Assembly (NCBI GenBank): GCA_963924565.1 | Contig: OZ004607.1 | Location: forward strand, 30,752,001-30,816,000 | Direction of reading: 5' to 3' | Source: Ascidiella aspersa | Taxonomy: Eukaryota | DNA: 64,000 nt | Part shown: positions 31,601 through 42,600 of the stretch, piece after piece | How positions within the stretch are numbered: the stretch's first letter is position 1 | Layout of the letters: every line of letters starts with the position of its first letter | Notes under the pieces: generated by a model | What the model saw: only the letters and a program-made list of their open reading frames with translations | The model's database searches: none | Told to the model about the DNA's origin: nothing | Program-made: the position numbers and the translations under genes

Positions 31601-31916
31601 GATTTTCTTTTCCAGTATCCGGCTTATTTGATCCAACTGATAACGACTTGACGTTTTCAAGACTTCCAGACGCTGTGTTGTTCGCGTTTAACACATCAGC
31701 TGCTTTGGGATTGGACGTGAAAATAGTGTCCTCTCCATTTAGCTGCTGACCGTCTACATTCCCAGGTTTAACGTCCAGGCTCGTTTCGTCGAAATACAGC
31801 ACCTCGCCATTTTGCTTTTGGGTTACAGAAACGGCTTTGTCGTCGATTGCTACGCTGCTGGCAACATCGGCGAAATTGTTTTCAAACGACAGTGGCAGTT
31901 CCTTAGTGTCCGTCAT
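19620..31916 (-). CDS. TPCN3: Two-pore channel 3 (TPC3)
   Basis: Exons 31916-31578, 27442-27239, 26707-26579, 26285-26178, 25386-25166, 24012-23886, 23479-23324, 22892-22663, 22438-22268, 22092-22028, 21961-21807, 21528-21312, 21052-20962, 20448-20335, 20216-20083, 19750-19620 (TAA). Two 6-TM domains. Filter I LVTTANSPDVMMPAY and filter II LTVVNQWH are the TPC3-type variants. S4 segments RVSRCLRP and LRCLRLVR. Confidence 0.93.
21053..21311 (-). other. U12-type (minor spliceosome) AT-AC intron in TPC3
   Basis: 5' end ATATCCTTTTT, branch-like ATCCTTATGAC close to the terminal AC. Removal restores the frame (NQWH-I-ITLGYTLVTSKWARLYF). Confidence 0.92.
22860..23250. repeat. Tandem duplication (unit about 199 bp) spanning a TPC3 3' splice site
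   Basis: CCAGTAGAGATTTATCTTCAGGTAACA occurs at about 22878 and 23077, with colinear similarity over the whole unit. Confidence 0.9.
23586..23794. mobile_element. Foldback MITE, same family as 14341-14543
   Basis: Same TIRs, TSD CAATTTTT/CACTTTTT. Degenerate copies at about 7969-8158, 14709-15086 and 28372-28508. Confidence 0.8.
24650..24724 (+). pseudogene. tRNA-like sequence (tRNA pseudogene or SINE head), copy 1
   Basis: Acceptor stem GCCTGTG/CACAGAC, D arm GCTC-AGTTGGTA-GAGC (A box), T loop GTTCGAATC (B box), non-canonical anticodon loop CCGGCTT, followed by TAGTTTT. Confidence 0.7.
24790..24862 (+). pseudogene. tRNA-like sequence, copy 2 (140-bp tandem unit)
   Basis: Same A and B boxes and the same 50-bp upstream flank as copy 1. 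Anticodon arm poorly paired. Confidence 0.7.
25880..26052 (-). mobile_element. Degenerate tRNA-derived SINE related to the 24.7-kb repeats
   Basis: Minus strand reads GGAGGTCGTGAGTTCAAATCTTGCCACAAGCT, matching the B-box and acceptor end of the 24650/24790 copies. Boundaries approximate. Confidence 0.55.
27967..28158. repeat. Long imperfect palindrome (about 190 bp)
   Basis: Arm pairs GGATCTGCAAAATT/AATTTTGCAGATCC, CGTTTACAGTA/TACTGTAAACG and GTTTATCGAACTTC/GAAGTTCGGTAAAC. Confidence 0.75.
28788..29786. mobile_element. Nested MITE containing a further element (28825-29644)
   Basis: TIR CAGGGGCGCCCGCA / TGCGGGCGCCCATG, perfect TSD ACCGTAGG. Inner element CAGGGGCGTAACCAG / CTGGATACGCCACTG. Confidence 0.85.
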
Positions 31917-34895
31917 TTTCGATTCACCCGAAATTCATCACAGCCGCAGAAGGCCCAATTGCTCGTTACTTGGTGAACTCGATAATTTGCTGTGCGGAGG
32001 CTGACAACATCAGCTGACTGACACCGTGTACAGGTGCCGTGTGTATTGGTGCATTGGTGCATTGGGGCGACGTCGCGCAACGCTTGGGTAAATAATTTGC
32101 CAGCGATGTTGAATGATTGACCGGCGGCAACGATAGTTTTACGAGGATGGCGAACAAGTTTTTAGCCGAATTCCTGTACTATCGTGGCTTGTAAACTTCT
32201 ATTGTGATTGCTTTTCTATATACAATGTTTATCTTAATTGAACTTTAATGGGCAGTGACGATTTCTGAAAAACACCAATTTGAGACCAATTGATCGCAGT
32301 GGGCCAATACATGGACTGATCGATGTAAACCACGCTGCCTTTGTCATGTATAATACGAAACTTTTGTCCACTGCAATTTCAAAATTGCAAAAATAAATTC
32401 AATCTTCGCGCGAATTCAGTTGACTATCCAAAGCTTTTTTTTAATATTCTATGTTGTTTGAAACAACTCATTTTAAATTTTAAATTATTGCATTTATGAA
32501 CCTCCAAAACCTTCGAACGTTGCGCTGACCACAGTAAGAGAGAATCCTGTTTTAATTGAAACTATTGCCGGGTACGCCTCAATGTTTTATGCTTTAGTTA
32601 TTATAAATCGGCATCGAAAGTTTTAACAGCCATGATACATTAAAAAAAAGTATTATGATTGCTTCTTTTTTATGTTGCGATAGATTAAAGGAACACGTAC
32701 GTACAACTTTGTGGGGCACGTGCAATATATTATTTTAATTATTAACCAGTTGAACTAAAACTTTATTGTGGTTTCACTGACTTCAGAAACCATCTTGTGA
32801 TTTCGGTTCTATGACGAAATTTCCGTTTTTTTTCGCCCATAAATAGCTGAGAATCACTTGTATTAATTATCAAAGGATTTATAATAAGGGTTTAAAATAA
32901 TATTTCTTTGCATTCTGCCGAGAGGCGATAAAAGGCATTTCAGGACCGAAAGAATTGCATTGATGTTGGGTAACATCCGGCCTAACGCATTGTGATCACG
33001 GCAACGCAGTAAAAACAAACTAGAATTCGGACATTGCGGAAATCGAGTTAGGCCATTGCCCTTTTTTGCGATATAGTGTTTTGTAAACGTATAATTTTTC
33101 TACCAGGACAAAGTAATTCGGATTTTTATACTGACGTGCTAAGTGTTTAATTTCAATTTGCCACCAGCGTTGTGTGTTTTGATTTCTCTTGAAGGAAATT
33201 CGTCGTAAGGGTTTAATATTTAGTCCAGCTTGAGATCTTAGCTTTTATAAAGGCGTTGATAACCGCCTTTGGGAATTTTCCCACAATAATAAATTTTCGT
33301 TTGATGTGTAGAGGGCGATAGTGGGTAGGTTCGCGCACAGCAAAATGCAGAAGGCTTTTCCATTAGTGCACGGTAGTAATGACTTTTTAGTCTTAAACCC
33401 ATCAATAAATTTAGCAAAAAGACATACAAAACTTGGGTATAGAAAGAATTCACATTGCGTTACGCATACTTCGTTTATTTTGCACTGTCTGTGCACAACG
33501 TTGAAAATATTTGTTGGCTTGTCACGCTCTAATAAAACGTAATCAATTGAATGAAAAGGCTTACTAATAACGCAAAAAACCCAATACTTCAAAAATATTT
33601 TCAAGACCATTAAGCATTGCATGGCAACCGCATCCAGTGTGCCGCGACACTTTGTTTAGGAGCCGCTAAAACATTGACTGATTGAGTTGGCAAGCGTTTT
33701 GTAAAAGTTTGAACGTTGTTAATACCGCAAATCTATAAGCTAACTAAAACGTAATATTGTTTATATGTAGGATACCAATGTGCTATCTTTGTTGTTATCT
33801 CTAGGCTAGACTAATATATAATTTAAAGTGAAATACTTGACCACTATGGTTTGCTCTGTTAAACCTAAGAGTCGCAGAATATCTGTTTGTAGGCCGAAAG
33901 CGTGTTAGTAACCGTAAAGTTCAGTTTTCTTTTTTCCCAACTCAAATTTTTACGTGAAGAACTGATGTAACCCGATCCGCGTAATGAGAAAGCGCTTGTA
34001 TTTAAGTATTCTTACCACCTTGATGGGAAATTGGCGAAAATAAGCCTGGATTGTTGGGACGTGTTGTTCGCACTTATCAATTATTCATTCAGTTTGGGTC
34101 AAACTGGAATGAATGTGTGTCATTTTGGGACAGTATATTGTTAGGTACGTTTTGCGGAAATACCGTGTTTCGTCCCTGACAACGAGTTTAGTCTGTTTAA
34201 TATAGTGGAAGGTAAAGTTATCCAAGTTGTCAAGTCCAAAGCGGTAGAAATATTGATGCAAAATTATTCTTTATACTGGCTTGTCATACTGGTCTGGTAC
34301 ATACAACTGACTTACGAATTACTTGTATTTGTTTTATTTTATTCAGCGAGTGCTTTTCCCGCAATTAACCACCCACATAATAAAGGTGGGGCAAGCTGTA
34401 CGACGAATAGCAAATTATATGTGTGCCTTTTTTACACAAATTTCGAAAAACAGTTTTCATTGCAGCACAGTTGAGATTTGTGGTAGCCTACGCGATGTTT
34501 TCATGCACTGTGGTTTATCGATATTAGCGTAATTTATCCAGACCTTCACGAGTTGTGACGACGCTTTGTTTGCGACGATGCTTTGGTTTTGTATTTACGG
34601 AGCAAACAGATACGTCGCATTGATCAAAACTTGACAGCAAGAATCTCGCTTCTGCTTCTACAAAAAAGTTGCAGTATTTCCGCTCTTTCAAACGAAAAAA
34701 AAGAAAAACACGACCGAACGAAATACTGCTGTTTTTTTCCAAATTCTTTAACTTGGATGTTTGACATAAAACGCTGGAATATTATTGGCATTTTTGACTA
34801 ACATATGAAATATTTTGCGCCTTCCCAAGCGTGCCGTCCGTCAAAATTTAACTATTAGCAACGCAACGTAACGTAACGTCCACTTACATCACAAT

Positions 34896-34908
34896 AGGTC
34901 ATAGGTCA
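34896..34908 (+). promoter_or_regulatory. Perfect DR1 nuclear-receptor element
   Basis: AGGTCA-t-AGGTCA in the divergent TPC3/OTOF intergenic region. Confidence 0.4.
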
Positions 34909-36399
34909 AGTCGTCATAGATCGCCACACGAACGAAAAACGCCAAATCCATTTCCGAGCAGTAGCAGCCGAATCGTCTTGTTCGAGCCGTATAGCGCTAC
35001 GCAACCCTTGAGCCGTGAAGCATTTTTCTGCGACGCCCATCGTGAGCAAATATTGTCGCACCTTCTCCCCTTCTCGACGACGACGCGAGGCTCGCCTGTT
35101 GCGTCACAAAAGAAGCCCGAAAAAAAGTTTTCCTCGGGACAGGTTTGTCGGATTGCGGGCGGCGTACAGGTTTATTGTCGTCGGGTAAAAAGAGGCAAAC
35201 AGTTGCGCGAGAGTGTACAGCACGAGCGCTAGCCGAAGGCCGCCGCTTTGGAATGCCAATAGTTTCCATTGAGGAGCCTGCGAGAATTTTTCGCGATTTT
35301 TTAGGACTTGTCGCCCGGCTCTTTTTTATTTGCGAAATATTTTTGAGAGCGGTTTCGCCCTTTCTTCACTATCAGTTTTGAAGACGGGTCGGGGGCCCTT
35401 AGTTTTTAATGCAGAAGATAGACAGAGTTTGGAACCTTACAGAGAACATTGGTAAACATAGGTCCGTGCATGTAAACTGCGAACTATTCGTTTTAAGGTC
35501 GTACTGGCCAAAAATAACGGCACACTTAACAGTTGACAGAATGATTACTAGTTGGCCTCTTGTGGTGTACAGGTCTTGAGAGTTTTTATACATGACAATA
35601 TGTCTTTAATTTTTACTAAACTTTTTATTATTTTTCGCACAAAAAATTGTTTTTAATTGGTAATTATCAAAGGTTTTTCCGAAAATAGAGGATTTACCTA
35701 TGGAATATGCTATTATCCTTGACTAATGTTTTCAGTTAGGAATTTGTTCAAACCGCAGCCGATTTCTTAGGTGAAGTTCATTTACGGATGAATCTAACCA
35801 TTGGCAAACATTTCATGTCAGACCCTATTATACTTTCGCTTTATTGACTTATAACATGTGACGTAAAAGTTGCCCAGGTACAACAATGCATTGTCAGTTT
35901 CGTAAAGTATTCTACTCCTATTTAAATAAATGACATGCAGTTAAGACTACTGCCAATTTTTCACTATCCGACAGCATAGCAAGGGGCTGGTTGCAAAAGG
36001 CGTGACCACGTTGACAAGTTACAGGTTTTCCACTTCAACGTTGTGTTTTCGCTGTTTTCTACCAACAGACAGTTTACACTTTACAGCATAGCTTCAACAG
36101 CGACTGGCACAGTTTCTTTTGTCCATTTATATCCTATATCTGTATCAAAACAGCAGCAGACTAAGTGTGTCCCTGTGACATTCAATGTCGTTTCGCTTTT
36201 AACGACGCCCGTTTAATGTGTACGCTCATATCCCCACAAAGGCAACACCTACTATTACGAGCGAGAAATAGCCGCGGGGTAGTTCGCGTTAGGTTCGCTT
36301 TTGATGCAAAGTTCACGACAGTTAGTCAGTGTGAGCCCGCAAAGCTATCAATTTATAGTATCAGCACAGCACTCTAGATTTGCCGGCGAAAGATGCCTA

Positions 36400-36542
36400 G
36401 AGAGAGAAGGAGTTTGAATTAATCTCTTGCAGCGTGTTAAGCCGACAGACCCGGTAAGATTGCTGTAGAAATGGATCAAAATTTGCCAGGAACAATGTTA
36501 AAGACATAAACATACTAAGACTTAAAATTTGTCTAATTGCAG
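36400..36542 (+). other. Probable non-coding 5' exon and short first intron of OTOF
   Basis: Donor CCG|gtaaga at 36454 and acceptor ttgcag| ending 36542, 150 nt before the ATG. Exon start is approximate. Confidence 0.5.
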
Positions 36543-36692
36543 GTCTTTGCAACTTTCGTTAAAAAAAGACAGCATTAGATTTGTAACGAGATTAGGCGTT
36601 CTTCTGCTGTGTCCAACATCAGCAATGGAATAGCTACAAAGTACGAGTTACTTTTATCCGATTTCTTTCTGATACGGTAAAGCTGGTGCAAA

Positions 36693-39600
36693 ATGTCTCT
36701 CGAAGTTCGGATTATCAGCCTCAACGGGTTAAAAGGAAAGGGTGCCAGAAATTGCCGCATTACGTTTCGAGGTAAGCTAATTGCTGCTTTGCGGTTGTAC
36801 GTTGCGGACGAGTTCGGCCTGCAAGCTATTAACGAACAAAATTAGGCTTTTACAAGACCACAAAAGTGTGCTTTTCTTATTCCAGGTATAAAATACAATC
36901 CCCGTATAAACCGCTTTAATTAGTGCTGTAAACGTTTACCAGTTTTGGTTCTGAAACCGTTACTAAAAAACAAATAAGACGAAGCGAAACTGGTTGAATA
37001 TTTTAGAATGTGCGTAGGGCGGCTAGACGTTCGGCTGGTTCATGATGCCATAACACATAAATTTCCCCACCTTAAATACACGCAGTAAAGACTGGGAGGT
37101 GTTTAGTGAGGCTTGACGGTTAACCACAAAAAAAAACGTTTGCTAATAATAGTTAGGTGTTGTGACGCGCCCGCTCTCGCGCTGATTGCAAAAACATCTA
37201 CAGTAAAACATTTTAATTAACAGCGCTGGGCGTCTATAATAGCTAAATAACTAGGCACATTTTTAGGTTCCCCGCAGTACGAACAATTAACCAAAATTAG
37301 CACTAAAAGGCAAACAATTATTTGCGTGTGCGGAATGAGAAGCAATTTTAAACCCATACATGTACAACGCTCCGAGGTCAATTTACAATTTGTATGTATG
37401 CGTTAGGCAGGATAATTATCGACTCTCATTTAACAACTAAATAAAGCACTTATTTAACTATGCCGCGATTATTTTTAGAGTCTCATTACAATCAACTATC
37501 GTGCCCTTAAAAGTGGGTGAATGCTGTTAAACGATAATTAACCAGACGACAAATAGGCAACAGACGTACATCTAATATAAAATACGTTGCCTATTGTTCA
37601 TCAATTTTGAGAACCAAAATAAAATTTGTCAGCAGAAAAGTTAATGACCTAAGGTAGCGCTCCCCGAAGACAAGCAAATCCAAACGTTTTCTGTTGTGTC
37701 GGCGTTTGAGTGCACACTTGTTTTCATGCCCCCTGGCAAAATACACAAAGCGAAGGGAATTTTCGTCGGCTACATTGCACAACAAGTATTACGTTTTTAA
37801 CTTCTTTAGAGCATCCCTATCAGACGAGGACAGTTGAAGATTGTGAGGATGAAGCCATTTTTCACGAGGTCGTATATGCTAATCATATTTTACATGAATG
37901 TTTACCTTTTGGACCGTTACTACTTTTAATTTGGCCGAATAAAAGGCTTAGTATGCAACTATACATGTTAGGTTTGGCGGGAATGCTTTGAAATAATTAT
38001 TATAGCTCTTGTCCTGTGGCGTAGCCTACGATCTGTGACGGTGTTTCTCAACCTATGGGGTGCGACCCAAAATTTGGCCTTTTAATTCGGCTGGGTCGCC
38101 GACTGCTGTAAATCACATGGTTAGATTTAGAGTAAGATTTTCGCCTAGAGTAAGATTTCTTCAACATATCAGAAACTTTAAGAGGATTACAAATACGTGG
38201 CTCGTGTTTAATTAAATTCGACTTTGTTTAAGTGATATATCAAGTTTACTTATAAAATGTTTTGTGAATAGAATTTGGTCGCCAAAATTTGCTGTTATAT
38301 ATATACTTAGTGTTCGGGTCGTCGCGGAAACAGGTTGAAAATCACTGTTTTATAACGTAGGCCTACCCCAAACATAATAAACACATTTACACGAATTTAA
38401 AAGTGTTCTAGGCATGATTCTGAGTTTGGCACACTCAATTATTATATTTGTATTTTTATTTGAAATTTTTAGCGTCAAACCGTTTTTCGTTTGGATAGGG
38501 TAATTTGTTACGAAAATCTACAATTTAAATATTTATAAGGAAGAGACCCGCAGGCAAGCAAAACACCTTCCTCTGTTTGTAATAGTTTGTTGGTTTTTGT
38601 TTGTAGATTTTTGAATGGCCGGTTGCCAGCAAAATCGAAGACCACGAGATGATTGCGATCGACGTCTTCAATTTCAATAAAGTATTCTCAAACAGGTAAT
38701 TATTGGTCGTGATTAGGCTGATGACATAAAGTTGCGTAATAGAATTATAAATTTGTTTAATTTCAAAAAACATACCGGGCCTCCACAGCAATATACGGCC
38801 TGAGCAACTTTTAAATCTGGTAATAATAAAGTTTCGTTTGTTAATCCAATTTTAAATAAGTTCCGACTTGTGTATGGATTGCATGATATTACCAACAATA
38901 TATTTGTATTACGTTTATAAGGCGACCTTTTAGGAAGACCAGGGCACCACACCAAGCTATTTCCCCCTAGCCATTTGATCGACCTATGGGTTAAAAGACC
39001 ATGGTTGGTAAAAGCTTTTCAATGTGTCCATGTAAACTGTCCTAGTTGGCTAATGGCTAAGTCTTATAATGGCATGTCAACACGATATGCTATTATTTTC
39101 CTAATTATTATTTTGCAACGACCGTGAATTTAAATTTACGAATAACTTGTTTTTATTTGCAGGTTGATTGGAAGATTCCAGATGGTTTTGCAGCAGGTTG
39201 TTCGCAACGGTGAACTGTCTCTTACGGAATCACTCCTGGACACCAATAACACTGCTCTGAAAGTAGGTTATGGACCATTAAATAGCCTTCAGTCGTGATT
39301 TATTTAGCACCCATAGAGCAAATCAGGATAGGATATTTGCGTACTACAAATGGTATATATACACACTTGGTTATTAACTTGGGTCCGTAACCAGGTTCAA
39401 GGCTACCCGCTTAACCTATTTTAAATAGTTTAGCTGATAATTTTTATCAGGAGCACATTCAGTTTATTGATTTATACCTTGGAGTAACTATTTTGTAAAG
39501 TAATTTTTTGAAATTACCTTGTTTGAAAAATGTTTGGGATTCACATTTATAACAAGAACCAAAGGGGGTCCGTCAGGTTAAAACGTTTGAGAACCTCAAA

Positions 39601-42600
39601 CTTTTATGTTTACTTTTAGTATTCTTTTTCCTATTGCTTGCTGTTCCCTTGCTATTAGTCCTTATTAAACACCACCCTTTAATTGCAGACCACCATCACC
39701 ATAGAGATCAAATACCTGGCACCAGATGGCACCGTGGGCAACTGGGCGGTTGAAGATTTCTCGCCCCATAAGCAGCCCCTGGACCTTCTCAGCATGAAAT
39801 CGACCACATCAATTGGCACCAAAAAGAGGTACGTTTGCTTGTCGAATTCAAAGCGCCCAGGGGGCAAAAAAAAGTTCAAAGTTAGACATTCCTAGCGGCA
39901 AATTGCGATTAGGATCTTTCATTAGCAAATCGTGGTATGTTGGTGATGCCATGTGGCTAAACCAGGGATGTCCAACCCGCGGCCAGCCTGATATTTACGT
40001 GCGGCCCACCACTTATTCTTACTTTCAGTAGGCTTTATTAAAAACAATTGTTTCGACTATCATCAAAACGTGTAGAACGCGCAGTGTTTGATGTAGGCCC
40101 AATCTTATGTTTTTTCTGAGACTATTTTATTAATCGAGTCTAATGTCGCATTTCAACATCCATCGAACACTTTGCACCCATCATTGCTAAGTAAGATGTG
40201 TGTTTTTCCGGACCGTTTTAAGGAAATATATCAGCCCAAACACGTAAAAACTTAAATTTTCGCACTTCGCCATGACAAAAAAAAAATAAGGTCGAGATTA
40301 CTTGCATATTTGCGCATGGGTTCACTCTCGAAGAGCGGGTGTTTATAAGTTAGGTTGTTTTATGACGTCACGATATGACGTAACTTATGACGTCACCCCT
40401 TTAATTTGAGAGGTTTTGCCGCCCATCGAAATTTTTGACAATGCGGTCCATTCTGCTAAAAGGCAGGACATCCCTGGGCTAAACAATGGTAGGTTAAAAC
40501 TACTTTATGCTAAGCTAGTTTTGGCAAAAAAAATGCCTAACATTAAAATGACTTAAAATGACTGACCTCAGACCACAAAAACGTTTTTTGAAAAATCCCA
40601 TAACAGCAAGGTGACAAGCATGGTTAAACATTGTGATAAAGAAAAAATGAGCTAATGCACAAATTGTAATAAAATGATCTAGTCTCATTTCACAACGTAC
40701 AAATCTTTCGCATTTTACTTAAGATTTGATAAAAAAATATCAACGTTGTATTCGAATGTTCCAATGCCAACACTGCTCTTATCGTTAGATATTGCAACAT
40801 TTTGATGCAAATGCAATAACAATTCATTCATAGGGTGATTTTATAATTTTCGCAACAAAATTACACTTTGTGGCTGTCTTGTGGCCAAATACGTTGACAC
40901 ATTATCGTCTATTTTCCCTTTGTTATCTATGCTTACTTGGACAGCAGGAAGTCTCAGAGTTCATTCAGTTTGGTAAGCCGAAAATCGTCAAAGAGGTGCG
41001 TATATCTAAGTGCAGGTGTTGGGTTTTTAAAACTTTAACCAAATTTTGGACACCCTTCATTGCCAGGGAGCTTCAATAGTTACCCATGACGGTGTGGCGC
41101 TTAAACTACTTGGGCGTATATCACCCTGAAGCATTTCTTTCAAGTGGTTTATTGACGTATTTCCGTGTTTCCCGATGTACTTTATGTCTTGGTACATAGC
41201 GATTTGCAGCAACTTTGATATTTTGTCCTGTGGCCAATTTCGAACACTGACTATTTAAGAAATCATTGTTGGAAATAGCTTTGTGAGAACTGCCCATTGA
41301 TATATTTGCAACATGAAAAACAAAGAATGCTTGCATGTTGAAAATTAATAAAGAGTTATTCGAAACGTTCTAAATGATATTTACTTCTGTATGGGTTTTG
41401 ATATTCTTTTTACGCCTTACTACAACCTCCAACCATTATGCTCCAAAGAGTCCTTGTATCTATAAAAGAGCATAAAATGGCCCACTAATTTTCCCCGTTT
41501 AAATACTTGAATAAAAGCCTCTTTGGTTCAATATTAATGTTTTTTTATGTATGCAAACGTCATTTTTTCATAATTAATAGATATAGCTTCCCATTTGAAA
41601 CTTGTCGTCTTATTTATATTGTTGTGCCAAAGCAAACGTATCCTAAACTAATTTGTTTTTACCCCTTTTGCTCACTGGAAAGAAGCAGTTCGGTTATGTC
41701 ACCGCTGCTTAAGGACCACGAGACGACGACAAGGTAACCAACCTTTCATTCCTGTTACCATTTCACGCGCGCTTATTGAAAGTAATTTAGGCGTATTAAG
41801 AGCTTTGCCAAACGTCGACGTTAATTAACCGGTCGCCTGGCGTTACGCGGCTTTTCTTGCTTCTGGCAATAAAACAAGCAAATGTAAGGTGGCAACAGGT
41901 TGCCAGTATTAACCTGTCGCAATACCAACATGGGCAACCTGGGCTTTTGTTCGAGAAATCGTTTCAGCGTATTCTTTTGTGTAGCGGCTACGCGCTGTTG
42001 CAATCCAACATGTAAAGACGTTGAGTAAACGCGGCACCATGGCTCGTCATACCAAAGTATATTGGAAGTTGGAAAGTTAAAGCTTGACGCTGACGTTGTA
42101 TGCCAGATAAGCACTGTATATTACCATTTTTTGTAAGTTCTGTTAAAAAGTACTGCGTTTGTTAAAGCAGCCAAACTTAAAAGCAGAAAAAATGAACAAC
42201 TAATCAGAATCGTATTCCAAATTTGGAACCTGGTTTCACAGCTTTTATCAAACTGTTTTACTTAAAAAGTAACATTTGATATAACTCATAAACTAGCGAC
42301 CTTGGTCCGGGGCAACTCATCACGGTAAACTCACGAGATACCCGGAACGCCAAGAAGGGAATCAGGGCAGACTATATAGCATTTGATTTCCAATTCCCGC
42401 TTAGCTTTTAACTAAACGTTAATGCGATTCAATCGCAACTACGGTTAGCCATCTTCACACACATTGTGCACCAACTCTACACATAAAGGCCTCTCACGCT
42501 TACACATAAACATACCCTGCCGACCCAAGGTCCGAGTGTGCCAGTGCCCAGCCACGGCCAGGCCTGGCCCTACAAAGATTCCGAAACATCGCAGTGAAGA

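Noticed and set aside
33238-35381. Overlapping short ORFs between TPC3 and OTOF
   Set aside because: No homology and no consistent splice structure. Likely chance ORFs.
40361-40397. Triple CRE-like TGACGTCA cluster as an OTOF enhancer
   Set aside because: It sits inside MITE 39963-40476, and similar motifs occur in other repeats here. No independent support.
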